A stretch of 64,000 nt of DNA from Octopus vulgaris (lineage: Eukaryota). The position numbers were made by a program, and so were the translations under genes. The DNA is taken from the NCBI GenBank assembly GCA_951406725.2, contig OX597843.1, positions 19,158,001 through 19,222,000 on the forward strand. Reading direction: 5' to 3'. Under the pieces are notes generated by a model. The model made no database searches. It saw only the letters and a program-made list of their open reading frames with translations, and was not told the origin of the DNA. This document shows, piece by piece, positions 13,225 through 27,449 of this stretch. How positions within the stretch are numbered: the first letter of the stretch is position 1; each line of letters starts with the position of its first letter.

Positions 13225-16000
13225 CTGAAATAAATATTTCTCATTATAGTATAATTTGGTTAATTATCTTAATAATCTACTTTCTATTATTGTGAAACTT
13301 TTCTTCCATCAATGTTCCACAAATGACCGCTATGGGTTTGGACAACATTTTCATACTTGCTACAGTGGTACCAAAACAAACGAAACTAACCTTCCTAAAC
13401 CTCTTTCTTCTACTAAGACATTCTGCATAATCCTATCTTTGTAGCCATTATCTTATTTAATTATTCCCACTTGAAAATAATGCTTTTCTACTTTTGTCTT
13501 TCCTGTCTTATATCTCTGCCAAATCAATGGCATGGCATTCTTCACTCACCTCTCGACTTCACTAACAAGCATCCTTCTTACTTCCTGCTTTATTGCAATA
13601 TCAATCAAAATGGTCCTCCAAAGATCTACATACAAAATCACGACACACCATCAAGCAGGATGAACATACACCTGCTCTCTTTAATGAACTTTGCTAACGG
13701 TTATCTTGAAAGTCAACTGTTCCACAGAGCAAATCACCGGGATATTCCCTAAATGGAAAAACCATTGAAGACATTTGGATGTCATTCATCTTCCTTAATG
13801 ACTCTACCCAGGTGGAACAGGGGATGATGACAGGTATCCCAACAATGCTTCAGTATAATTGCACAAAACTTCATCAACTACACATCCCTCTCCCTACTCG
13901 CATTATTGCACTGAAAATACTTTAAATGCTACACAGGAAGCGAGACTCAAACAAACATAAAGACGATCGGGATAGACACCAAGCAGCAATCCCCAGATCT
14001 TGTATTTGCCCACAAGCTTTGTCTTATCTATTGCTTGTAACCAATCCTCAGTTTGTGCCATCATCTGAATGCCTCTACTCTCACTCAACAACATAGCTTA
14101 ACATCGTCCTAAACATCTTACAGGACAGTCTTCAACATTTGGCATGGATTCTTCTGCAAATTGGAACTTCACTTGCTTCAGGGCATCTTTCATAAATGGC
14201 AGACTGAATTATTTATTTGCTTGAAACCCCTTTACTCACCAAGTACCTAGCCAGTCCACAAGTAATTGCATATCCTTTTCGTCTGTTTTTAGCTTGGTTA
14301 TGTCATTCGTTAAGGCCTTCTTATGCGATTGCCATTCGGATCAATCTACTGATCAATGTAACTTATCCATAAAAAGCACAAACTAAATGACGGACATTGT
14401 ACAACCTACAGTAATTCCATTTCCAAGAAAATGCCAGTCTGTTGTGAAGTCTGCTGTTATTAGCCGTGTTATGAAACTGTTGCAGTGACTCCTAATTAGA
14501 TCTGTCATCTTCTCCAGTTTATAAAATCGATTACTACCATCAGCAATTTCTGTTTTAGAGAAACATAAGCAGGAACTGGATAGAGCCATACAACATTCAA
14601 ATCTCTTTTATTCTCCATTTTCTCTCCTATGGCATTCCATGTGGAAAATGGATGTTCCATATGCCCAGGAATTTAGAAGAGCTAGGGTTATGCACACTTT
14701 CAGTCCCATTGCAAAATTATTTTATAGGTTTGTAGCTGATCTGATAACAAGTACATCTATGTAAATGTTGCCGTCTACTTTTACAATTGAAATGGGTCTC
14801 AAGTGGTCAGTTAGTTCTGCTTTAGCATCCTCTGGTAAGTAAACTCTGCCTGTCTTGCACTAGTCTCTACCAGTTCGCCAATAAGCCACAGCTCTTTCAC
14901 TCTTGGTACAGCTTATAATTTAATTGAGTACAGTACTTGTACTTGCACTCTAAACTTTTGTCTTCTTCATTAAAATTATACACTTCTTTGTTGCTGAAAA
15001 CAACAAGTTGAAATTTCAATGCTGCTCAAATTGGCTGCTCCAAACTAGCCATGAGTGGAAACTGTTGACGTCGCCTTCGCTCACTCAACGTTTCCTGTAT
15101 ATTCCTAGCTTTGCTGCACTTTGGCTGGCGGATCTTAACATCTGCAAACTGCTTTCTATATAAGGGCCCTTAATGAGAAACACTCTAATTTGTTTAACCT
15201 CTGAGATCTCTTTGCATAAGTTAGAGAGGAACAGTTATTCTTCTTGAGGACATAACAATGTTTCTAGTGCTTGTGGCAGAATAAAATGTATCCAGAACCC
15301 TTTAGAATATGGTAGAAATTAGGAATGGCAAAACAGCACGAGTAAGTTAGAACGTTTAAATGAAATGTATTCTCCAAGGAAGGAAGTTGGGCAGTACCTC
15401 TGAATAAAAACTCACTTGGACAGTGACCACCCATCCAAAACATGGCAACATGGAAAGCAGATGATAAATAATGAGCACAATATCGGAGATTGTATTGTGT
15501 CTTATAGCCAGTATCCACCTTGAACAGAGACAGAGAGTAAGAGACTGCGCTTATCTCAGAAGCAAACCAAACTCTTGCACTTGCATATGAACAATGAATT
15601 TAATAATAGATTTACTATCAGTGCAAAATGATATGGAATTTGAAATGGGAACACTTTCCATCTTAAGTCTTCCAGAATATGGCATGAGGCTGAACAACAA
15701 CAATAAACTGTCAGAAAAATATAAAACAAACAAAACCACTGTGCTTAGCTCATTTGTTTACCCCTAAACAACATATTTTATTCCCCTATTCCAATAGGCA
15801 TTATTAACCATATTGTCTCTGCTAATCTCAGCGGTTATCCCTGAGAGTTCAGTAACTCTCTTTAATATTATTAATTTAAGGTTAACCATTCAAGTGGAAA
15901 TTACAAATGGAACCTGACCTTACTCAATCTGACAAACCAAGAAACTCAGGTGAAGGCAACATTTACAGAAAACAATAAAATCTTGTTATTTAATACTCAC

Positions 16001-16054
16001 TTCTTGCGCTATGTACCACTTGCTTCTCTTCCTTGTCTTCTGCTTTTGGAGGTT
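16001..16054 (-). CDS. 54-nt micro-exon, copy 3 (xPPKAEDKEEKQVVHSAR)
   Basis: ttcag|aa ... gaa|gtgagt; phase 1-1, open frame. Confidence 0.7.
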
Positions 16055-18827
16055 CTGAAATGAATATTTCTCATTATAGTATAATTTGGTTAATTATCTT
16101 AATAATCTATATTCTATTATTGTGAAACTTCTCTACCATCAATGTTCCACAAATGACCGCTATGGGTTTGGACAACATTTTCAAACTTGCTACAGTGGTA
16201 CCAAAACAATCGAAAGTAACCTTCCTAAACCTCTTTCTTCTACTAAGACATTCTGCATAATCCTATCTTTGTAGCCATTATCTTATTTAATTATTATCAC
16301 TTGACAATAATACTTTTCTACTTTTGTCTTTCCTGTCTCATATCTCTGCCAAATCAATGGCAGGGCATTCTTCACTCACCTCTCGACTTCACTAACAAGC
16401 ATCCTTCTTACTTCCTGCTTTATTGCAATGTCAATCAAAATGGTCCTCCAAAGATCTACTTACAAAATCACGACACACCATCAAGCAGGATGAACATACC
16501 CCTGCTCTCTTTAATGAACTTTGCTAACGGTTATCTTGAATGTCAACTGTTCCACAGAGCAAATCACCGGGATATTCCCTAAATGGAAAAACAGTTAAAG
16601 ACATTTGGATGTCATTCATCTTCCTTAATGACTCTACCCAGGTGGAGCAGTGGATAATGACAGGTATCCCAAAAATGCTTCAATATAATTGCACAAAACT
16701 TCATCAACTAAACATCCCTCTACCTACCCGCATTATTGCACTGAAAATACTTTAAATGCTACACAGGAAGCGAGACTCAAACAAACATAAAGAAGATCGG
16801 GATAGACACCCAGCAGCAATCCCCAGATCTTGTATTTGCCCACAAGCTTTGTCTTATCTATTGCTTGTAACCAATCCTCAGTTTGTGCCATCATCTGAAT
16901 GCCTCTACTCTCACTCAACAACATAGCTTAACATCGTCCTAAACATTTTACAGGACAGTCTTTAACATTTTCTATGGATTCTTCTACAAATTGGAACGTC
17001 ACTTGCTTCAGGGGATCTTTCATAAATGGCAGACTGAATTACTTATTTGCTTGAAAACCCTTTACTCACCAAGATATTGGCCAGTCCACAAGTAATTGCA
17101 TATCCTTTTCGTCTGTTTTTAGCTTGGTTATATCATTCGTTAAGGCCTTATGCGATTGTCATTCTGATCAATCTACTGATCAATGTAACTTATCCATAAA
17201 AAGCACAAACTAAATGATGGACATTGTACAACCTACAGTAATTCCATTTCCAAGAAAATGCCAGTCTGTTGTGAAGTCTGCTGTTATTAGCCGTGTTATG
17301 AAACTGTTGCAGTGACTCCTAATTAGATCTGTCATCTTCTCCAGTTTATAAAATCGATTACTACCATCAGCAATTTCTGTTTTAGAGAAACATAAGCAGG
17401 AACTGGATAGAGCCATACGACATTCAAATCTCTTTTATTCTCCATTTTCTCTCCTATGGCATTCCATATGGAAAATGGATGTTCCATATGCCCAGGAATT
17501 TAGAAGAGCTAGGGTTATGCACAATTTCAGTCCCATAGCAAAATTATTTTATAGGTTTGTAGCTGATCTGATAACAAGTACATCTATGTAAATGTTGCCG
17601 TCTACTTTTACAATTGAAATGGGTATCAAGCGGTCGGTTAGTTCTGCTTTAGCATCCTCTGGTATGTAGACTCTGCCTGCCTTGCACCAGTCAACAACCA
17701 GTTCGCCAATAAGCCACAGCTCTTTCACTCTTGGTACAGCTTATAATTTAATTGAGTACAGTACTTGTACTTGCACTCTAAACTTTTGTCTTCTTCATTA
17801 AAATTATACACTTCTTTGTTGCTGAAAACAACAAGTTGAAATTTCAATGCTGCTCAAATTGGCTGCTCCAAACTAGCCATGAGTGGAAACTGTTGACGTC
17901 GCCTTCGCTCACTCAACGTTTCCTGTATATTCCTAGCTTTGCTGCACTTTGGCTGGCGGATCTTAACATCTGCAAACTGCTTTCTATATAAGGGCACTTA
18001 ATGAGAAACACTCTAATTTGTTTAACCTCTGAGATCTCTTTGCATAAGTTAGAGAGGAACAGTTATTCTTCTTGAGGACATAACAATGTTTCTAGTGCTT
18101 GTGGCAGAATAAAATGTATCCAGAACCCTTTAGAATATGGTAGAAATTAGGAATGGCAAAACAGCACGAGTAAGTTAGAACGTTTAAATGAAATGTATTC
18201 TCCAAGGAAGGAAGTTGGGCAGTACCTCTGAATAAAAACTCACTTGGACAGTGACCACCCATCCAAACCATGGCAACATGGAAAGCAGATGATAAATAAT
18301 GAGCACAATATCGGAGATTGTATTGTGTCTTATAGCTAGTATCCACATTGAACAGAGAGAGAAAGAGACTGCGCTTATCTCAGAAGCAAACCAAACTCTT
18401 GCACTTGCATATGAACAATGAATTTAATAATAGATTTAATATCAGTGCAAAATGATATGGAATTTGATATGGGAACACTTTCCATCTTAAGTCTGCCAGA
18501 ATATGGCATGAGGCTGAACAACAACAATAAACTATCAGAAAAATATAAAACAAACAAAACCACTGTGCTTAGCTCATTTGTTTACCCCTAAACAACAACA
18601 TATTTTATTCCCCTATTCCAAAAGGCATTATTAACCATATTGTCTCTGCTAAACTCAGCGATTATCCCTGAAAGTTAAGTAACTCTCTTTAATATTAATA
18701 AATTAAGGTTAACCATTCAAGTGGAAATTACAAATGGAACCTGACCTTACTCAATCTGACAAACCAAGAAACTCAGGTGAAGGCAACATTTACAGAAAAC
18801 AATAAAATCTTGTTATTTAATACTCAC

Positions 18828-18881
18828 CGATTGTGCTATGTGCCACTTGCTTCTCTTCCTTGTCTTCTGCTTTTGGAGTTG
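18828..18881 (-). CDS. 54-nt micro-exon, copy 4 (xTPKAEDKEEKQVAHSTI)
   Basis: ttcag|ca ... tcg|gtgagt; phase 1-1, open frame. Confidence 0.7.
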
Positions 18882-21663
18882 CTGAAATAAATATTTCTCA
18901 TTATAGTATAATTTGGTTAATTATCTTAATAATCTATATTCTATTATTGTGAAACTTTTCTTCCATCAATGTTCCACAAATTACCGCTATGGGTTTCGAC
19001 AACATTTTTATAATTGCTACAGTGGTACCAAAACAAACGAAAGTAACCTTCCTAAACCTCTTTCTTCTACAAAGACATTCTGCATAATCCTATCTTTGTA
19101 GCCATTATCTTATTTAATTATTACCCCTTGATAATAATGCTTTTCTACTTTTGTCTTTCCTGTCTCATATCTCTGCCAAATCAATGGCATGGCATTCTTC
19201 ACTCACCTCTCGACTTCACTAACAAGCATCCTTCTTACTTCCTGCTTTATTGCAATGTCAATCAAAATGGTCCTCCAAAGATCTACATACAAAATCCCGA
19301 CACACCCCATCAAGCAGGATGAACATACACCTGCTCTCTTTAATGAACTTTGCTAACGGTTATCTTGAAAGTCAACTGTTCCACAGAGCAAATCACCGGG
19401 ATATTCCCTAAATGGAAAAACCATTGAAGACATTTGGATGTCATTCATCTTCCTTAATGACTCTACCCAGGTGGAGCAGGGGATGATGACAGGTATCCCA
19501 ACAATGCTTCAGTATAATTGCACAAAACTTCATCAACTACACATCCCTCTCCCTACTCGCATTATTGCACTGAAAATACTTTAAATGCTACACAGGGAGC
19601 GAGACTCAAACAAACATAAAGAAGATCGGGATAGACACCAAGCAGCAATCCCCAGATCTTGTATTTGCCCACAAGCTTTGTCTTATCTATTGCTTGTAAC
19701 CAATCCTCAGTTTGTGCCATCATCTGAATGCCTCTACTCTCACTCAACAACATAGCTTAACATCGTCCGAAACATTTTACAGGACAGTCTTTAACATTTG
19801 CCATGGATTCTTCTGCAAATTGGAACTTCACTTGCTTCAGGGGATCTTTCATAAATGGTAGACTGAATTATTCATTTGCTTGAAACCCCTTTACTCACCA
19901 AGTACCTAGCCAGTCCACAAGTAATTGCATATCCTTATGGTCTGTTTTTAGCTTGGTTATGTCATTCGTTAAGGCCTTCTTATGCGATTGCCATTCGGAT
20001 CAATCTACTGATCAATGTAACTTATCCATAAAAAGCACAAACTAAATGACGGACATTGTACAACCTACAGTAATTCCATTTCCAAGAAAATGCCAGTCTG
20101 TTGTGAAGTCTGCTGTTATTAGCCGTGTTATGAAACTGTTGCAGTGACTCCTAATTAGATCTGTCATCTTCTCCAGTTTATAAAATCGATTACTGCCATC
20201 AGCAATTTCTGTTTTAGAGAAACTTAAGCAGGAACTGCATAGAGCCATACAACATTCAAATCTCTTTTATTCTCCATTTTCTCTCCTATGGCATTCCATG
20301 TGGAACAGGGATGTTCCATATGCCCAGGAATTTAGAAGATTCTAGTCTTATGCACACTTTCAGTCCCATAGCAAAATTATTTTATAGGTTTGTAGCTGAT
20401 CTGATATCAAGTACATCTATGTAAATGTTGCCGTCTACTTTTACAATTGAAATGGGTCTCAAGCGGTCGGTTAGTTCTGCTTTAGCATCCTCTGGTAAGT
20501 AAACTCTGTCTGCCTTGCACCAGTCATCATCCAGTTCGCCAATAAGCCACAGCTCTCTCACTCTTGGTACAGCTTAATATTTAATTGAGTACAGTACTTG
20601 TACTTGCACTCTAAACTTTTATCTTCTTCATTAGAATTATACACTTCTTTCTTACTGAAACCACGAAGCTGAAATTTCATTGCTGCTCACATTGGCTGCT
20701 TCAAACTAGGCATGAGAGGAAACTGTTGACGTCGCTTTCGCTCACTCAAGGTTTCCTGTATATTCCTATCTTTGCTGAACTTTAGCTGGCTGATTTTAAC
20801 ATCTGCAAACTGCTTTCAAGATAAGGGCCCTTAATGAGAAGCTCTCTAATTTGTTTAACCTCAGAGATCTCTTTGCATAAGTTAGAGAGGAACAGTTATT
20901 CTTCTTGAGGACATAACAATGTTTCTAGTGCTTGTGGCAGAATAAAATGTATCCAGAACCCTTTAGAATATGGTAGAAATTAGGAATAGCAAAACAGCAC
21001 GAGTAAGTTAGAACGTTTAAATGAAATATATTCTCCAAGGAAGGAAGTTGGGCAGTACCTCTGAATAAAAACTCACTTGGACAGTGACCACCCATCCAAA
21101 ACATGGCAACATGGAAAGCAGATGATAAATAATGAGCACAATATCAGAGATTGTATTGTGTCTTATAGCCAGTATCCACCTTGAAATGAGAGAGAGAGAG
21201 AAAGAGTCTGCGCTTATCTCAGAAGCAAACCAAACTCTTTCACTTGCATATGAACAATGAATTTAATAATAGATTTACTATCAGTGCAAATTGATATGGA
21301 ATTTGATATGGGAACGCTTTCCATCTTAAGTCTGCCAGAATATGGCATGAGGCTGAACAACAATAAATTATCAGAAAAATATAAAACAAACAAAACCACT
21401 GTGCTTAGCTCATTTGTTTACCCCTAAACAACAACATAATTTATTCCCCAATTCCAAAAGACATTATTAACCATATTACCTCTGCTAAACTCTGCGGTTA
21501 TCCCTGAAAGTTCAGTAATTCTCTTTAATATTATTAATTTAAGGTTAACCATTCAAGTGGAAATTACAAATGGAACCTGACCTTACTCAATCTGACAAAC
21601 CAAGAAACTCAGGTGAAGGCAACATTTACAGAAATCAATAAATTCTTGTTATTTAATACTCAC

Positions 21664-21717
21664 TTCTTGCGCTATGTGGCACTTGCTGGTCTTCCTTGTC
21701 TTCTGCTTTTGAAGTTA
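21664..21717 (-). CDS. 54-nt micro-exon, copy 5 (xTSKAEDKEDQQVPHSAR; identical to copy 2)
   Basis: ttcag|ta ... gaa|gtgagt; phase 1-1, open frame. Confidence 0.7.
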
Positions 21718-24500
21718 CTGAAATAAATATTTCTCATTATAGTATAATTTGGTTAATTATCTTAATAATCTACTTTCTATTATTGTGAAACTTTTCTTCC
21801 ATCAATGTTCCACAAATGACCGCTATGGGTTTGGTCAACATTTTCATACTTGCTACAGTGGTACCAAAACAAACGAAAGTAACCTTCCTAAACCTCTTTC
21901 TTCTTCTAAGACATTCTGCATAATCTTATCTTTGTAGCCATTATCTTATTTAATTATTCCCACTTGACAATAATACTTTTCTACTTTTGTCTTTCCTGTC
22001 TTATATCTCTGCCAAATCAATGGCATGCCATTCTTCACTCACCTCTCGACTTCACTAACAAGCATCCTTCATACTTCCTGCTTTACTGCAATATCAATCA
22101 AAATGGTCCTCCAAAGATCTACTTACAAAATCCTTACACACCCCATCAAGCAGGATGAACATACACCTGCTCTCATTAATGAACTTTGCTAACGGTTATC
22201 TTGAATGTCAACTGTTCCACAGAGCAAATCACCGGGATATTCCCTGGATGGAAAAACCATTGAAGACATTGGATGTCATTCATCTTCCTTAATGAATCTA
22301 CCCAGGTGGAACAGGGGATGATGACAGGTATCCCAGAAATGCTTCAGTATAATTGCACAAAACTTCATCAACTACACATCCCTCTCCCTACCCGCATTAT
22401 TGCACTGAAAATACTTCAAATGCTACACAGGAAGCGAGACTCAAACAAACATAAAGACGATCGGGATAGACACCCAGCAGCAATCCCCAGATCTTGTATT
22501 TGCCCACAAGCTTTGTCTTATCTGTTGCTTGTAACCAATCCTCAGTTTGTGCCATCATCTGAATGCCTCTACTCTCACTCAACAACAGAGCTTAACATCG
22601 TCCTAAACATTTTACAGGACAGTCTTTAACATTTGGCATGGATTCTTCTGCAAATTGGAACTTCACTTGCTTCAGGGGATCTTTCATAAATGGCAGACTG
22701 AATTATTTATTTGCTTGAAACCCCTTTACTCACCAAGTACCTAGCCAGTCCACAAGTAATTGCATATCCTTTTCGTCTGTTTTTAGCTTGGTTATGTCAT
22801 TCGTTAAGGCCTTCTTATGCGATTGCCATTCGGATCAATCTACTGATCAATGAAACTTATCCATAAAAAGCACAAACTAAATGATGGACATTGTACAACC
22901 TACAGTAATTCCATTTCCAAGAAAATGCCAGTCTGTTGTGAAGTCTGCTGTTATTAGCCGTGTTATGAAACTGTTGCATTTGACTCCTAATTAGATCTGT
23001 CATCTTCTCCAGTTTATAAAATCGATTACTGCCATCAGCAATTTCTGTTTTAGAGAAACATAAGCAGGAACTGGATAGAGCCATACGACATTCAAATCTC
23101 TTTTATTCTCCATTTTCTCTCCTATGGCATTCAATGTGGAAAAGGGATATTCCATATGCCCAGGAATATAAAAGATTCTAGTCTTATGCACACTTTCAGT
23201 CCCATAGCAAAATTATTTTATAGGTTTGTAGCTGATCTGATATCAAGTACATCTATGTAAATGTTGCCGTCTACTTTTACAATTGAAATGGGTCTCAAGC
23301 GGTCGGTTAGTTCTGCTTTAGCATCCTCTGGTAAGTAAACTCTGCCTGTCTTGCACTAGTCTCCAACCAGTTCGCTAATAAGCCACAGCTCTCTCACTCT
23401 TGGTACGGTTTATAATTTAATTGAGTACAGTACTTGTACTTGCACTCTAAACTTTTGTCTTCTTCATTAAAATTATAAACTTCTTTCTTGCTGAAACCAA
23501 CAATTTGAAATTTCATTGCTGCTCAAATTGGCTGCTCCAAACTAGCCATGAGTGGAAACGGTTGACGTCCCCTTCGCTCACTCAACGTTTCCTGTATATT
23601 CCTAGCTTTGCTGCACTTTGGCTGGCGGATCTTAACATCTGCAAACTGCTTTCTATATAAGGGCACTTAATGAGAAACACTCTAATTTGTTTAACCTCTG
23701 AGATCTCTTTGCATAGGTTAGAGAGGAACAGTTATTCTTCTTGAGGACATAACAATGTTTCTAGTGCTTGTGGCAGAATAAAATGTATCCAGAACCCTTT
23801 AGAATATGGTAGAAATTAGGAATGGCAAAACAGCACGAGTAAGTTAGAACGTTTAAATGAAATATATTCTCCAAGGAAGGAAGTTGGGCAGTACCTCTGA
23901 ATAAAAACTCACTTGGACAGTGACCACCCATCCAAAACATGGCAACATGGAAAGCAGATGATAAATAATGAGCACAATATCAGAGATTGTATTGTGTCTT
24001 ATAGCCAGTATCCACCTTGAACAGAGACAGAGAGTAAGAGACTGCGCTTATCTCAGAAGCAAACCAAACTCTTGCACTTGCATATGAACAATGAATTTAA
24101 TAATAGATTTACTATCAGTGCAAAATGATATGGAATTTGATATGGGAACACTTTCCATCTTAAGTCTGCCAGAATATGGCATGAGGCTGAACAACAACAA
24201 TAAACTATCAGAAAAATATAAAACAAACAAAAACAATATGCTTAGCTCATTTGTTTACCCCTAAACTACAACCTAATTTATTCCCCTATTCCAAAATACA
24301 TTATTAACCATATTACCACTGCTAAACTCAGCGGTTATCCCTGAAAGTTCAGTAACTCTCTTTAATATTATTAATTTAAGGTTAACCTTTCAAGTGGAAA
24401 TTACAAATGGAACCTGACCTTACTCAATCTGACAAACCAAGAAACTCAGGTGAAGGCAACATTTACAGAAAACAATAAAATCTTGTTATTCAATACTCAC

Positions 24501-24554
24501 TGATTTCGCTATGTACCACTTGCTGGTCTTCCTTGTCTTCTACTTTTGGACGTT
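24501..24554 (-). CDS. 54-nt micro-exon, copy 6 (xRPKVEDKEDQQVVHSEI)
   Basis: ttcag|aa ... tca|gtgagt; phase 1-1, open frame; most divergent copy. Confidence 0.65.
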
Positions 24555-27395
24555 CTGAAATTAAATATTTCTCATTATAGTATAATTTGGTTAATTATCT
24601 GAATAATCTATATTCTATTATTGTGAAACTTTTCTATCATCAATGTTCCACAAATGACCGCTATGGGTTTGGACAACATTTTTATAATTGCTTCCATCAA
24701 TGTTCCACAAATTACCGCTAAGGGTTTCGACAACATTTTTATAATTACTACAGTGGTACCAAATCAAACGAAAGTAACCTTCCTAAACCTCTTTCTTCTA
24801 CTAAGACATTCTGCATAATCCTATCTTTGTAGCCATTATCTTATTTAATTATTCCCACTGGACAATAATACTTTTCTACTTTTGTCCTTCCTGTCTTATA
24901 TCTCTGCCAAATCAATGCCACGGCATTCTTCACTCACCTATCGGCTTCACTAACAAGCATCCTTCGTACTTTCTGCTTTACTGCAATATCAATCAAAATG
25001 GTCCTCCAAAGATCTACATACAAAATCCTGACACACCCCATCAAGCAGGATGAACATACACCTGCTCTCTTTAATGAACTTTGCTAACGGTTATCTTGAA
25101 TGTCAACTGTTCCACAGAGCAAATCACCGGGATATTCCCTGAATGGAAAAACAGTTAAAGACATTTGGATGTCATTCATCTTCCTTAATGACTCTACCCA
25201 GGTGGAGCAGGGGATAATGACAGGTATCCCAGAAATGCTTCAGTACAATTGCAGAAAACTTCCTCAACTAAACATCCCTCTCCCTACCCGCATTATTGCA
25301 CTGAAAATACTTTAAATGCTACACAGGAAGCGAGACTCAAACAAACATAAAGAAGATCGGGATAGACACCCAGCAGCAATCCCCAGATCTTGTATTTGCC
25401 CACAAGCTTTGTCTTATCTATTGCTTGTAACCAATCCTCAGTTTGTGCCATCATCTGAATGCCTCTACTCTCACTCAACAACATAGCTTAACATCGTCCG
25501 AAACATTTTACAGGACAGTCTTTAACATTTGCCATGGATTCTTCTGCAAATTGGAACTTCACTTGCTTCAGGGGATCTTTCATAAATGGTAGACTGAATT
25601 ATTTATTTGCTTGAAACCCCTTTACTCACCAAGTACCTAGCCAGTCCACAAGTAATTGCATATCCTTATCGTCTGTTTTTAGCTTGATTATGTCATTCGT
25701 TAAGGCCTTCTTATGCGATTGCGATTCGGATCAATCTACTGATAAATGTAACTTATCCATAAAAAGCACAAACAAAATGACGGACATTGTACAACCTACA
25801 GTAATTCCATTTCCAAGAATATGCCAGTCTGTTGTGAAGTCTGCTGTTATTAGCCGTGTTATGAAACTGTTGCAGTGACTCCTAATTAGATCTGTCGTCT
25901 TCTCCAGTTTATAAAATCGATTACTGCCATCAGCAAATTCTGTTGTAGAGAAAAATAAGCAGGAACTGGATAGAGCCATACAACATTCAAATCACATTTA
26001 TTCTCCAATTTCCCTCCTATGGCATTCCATATGGAAAATGGATGTTCCATATGCCCAGGAATTTAGAAGATTCTAGTCTTATGCACACTTTCAGTCCCAT
26101 AGCAAAATTATTTTATAGGTTTCTAGCTGATCTGATAACAAGTACATCTATGTAAATGTTGCCGTCTACTTTTACAATTGAAATGGGTCTCAACTGGTCG
26201 GTTAGTTCTGCTTTAGCATCCTCTGGTAAGTAAACTCTGCCTGTCTTGCACTAGTCTCCAACCAGTTCGCTAATAAGCCACAGCTCTCTCACTCTTGGTA
26301 CGGCTTATAATTTAATTGAGTGCAGTACTTGTACTTGCACTCTAAACTTTTGTCTTCTTCATTAAAATTATAAATTTCTTTCTTGCTGAAACCAACAATT
26401 TGAAATTTCATTGCTGCTCAAATTGGCTGCTCCAAACTACCCATGAGTGGAAACGGTTGACGTCCCCTTCGCTCACTCAACGTTTCCTGTATATTCCTAG
26501 CTTTGCTGCACTTTGGCTGGCGGATCTTAACATCTGCAAAATGCTTTCTATATAAGGGCACTTAATGAGAAACACTCTAATTTGTTTAACCTCTGAGATC
26601 TCTTTGCATAAGTTAGAGAGGAACAGTTATTCTTCTTGAGGACATAACAATGTTTTTAGTGCTTGTGGCAGAATAAAATGTATCAGAACCCTTTAGAATA
26701 TGGTAGAAATTAGGAATAGCAAAACAGCACGAGTACGTTAGAACGTTTAAATGAAATATATTCTCCAAGGAAGGGAGTTGGGCTGTACATCTGAATAAAA
26801 ACTCACTTGGACAGTGACCACCCATCAAAAACATGGCAACATGAAAGCAGATGATAAATAATGGGCAGAATGTCGGAGATTGTATTGTTTTTATAGCCAG
26901 TATCCACCTTGAACTGAGAGAGAGAGAGAGTAAGAGACTGCGCTTATCTCAGAAGCAAACCAAACTCTTGCACTTGCATATGAACAATGAATTTAATAAT
27001 AGATTTACTATCAGTGCAAATTGATATGGAATTTGATATGGGAACACCTTCCATCTTAAGTCTTCCAGAATATGGCATGAGGCTGAACAACAACAATAAA
27101 CTATCAGATAAATATAAAACAAACAAAAACACTGTGCTTAGCTCATTTGTTTACCCCTAAAAAACAACATAATTTATTCCCCTATTCCAAAATACATTAT
27201 TAACCATATTACCTCTGCTAAACTCAGCGGTTATCCCTGAAAGTTCAGTAATTCTCTTTAATATTATTAATTTAAGGTTAACCATTCAAGTGGAAATTAC
27301 AAATGGAACCTGACCTTACTCAATCTGACAAACCAAGAAACTCAGGTTAAGGCAACATATACAGAAAACAATAAATCTTGTTACTTAATACTCAC

Positions 27396-27449
27396 TTCTT
27401 GCGCTATGTGCCACTTGCTGGTCTTCCTTGTCTTCTGCTTTTGGAGGTT
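27396..27449 (-). CDS. 54-nt micro-exon, copy 7 (xPPKAEDKEDQQVAHSAR)
   Basis: ttcag|aa ... gaa|gtgagt; phase 1-1, open frame. Confidence 0.7.
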
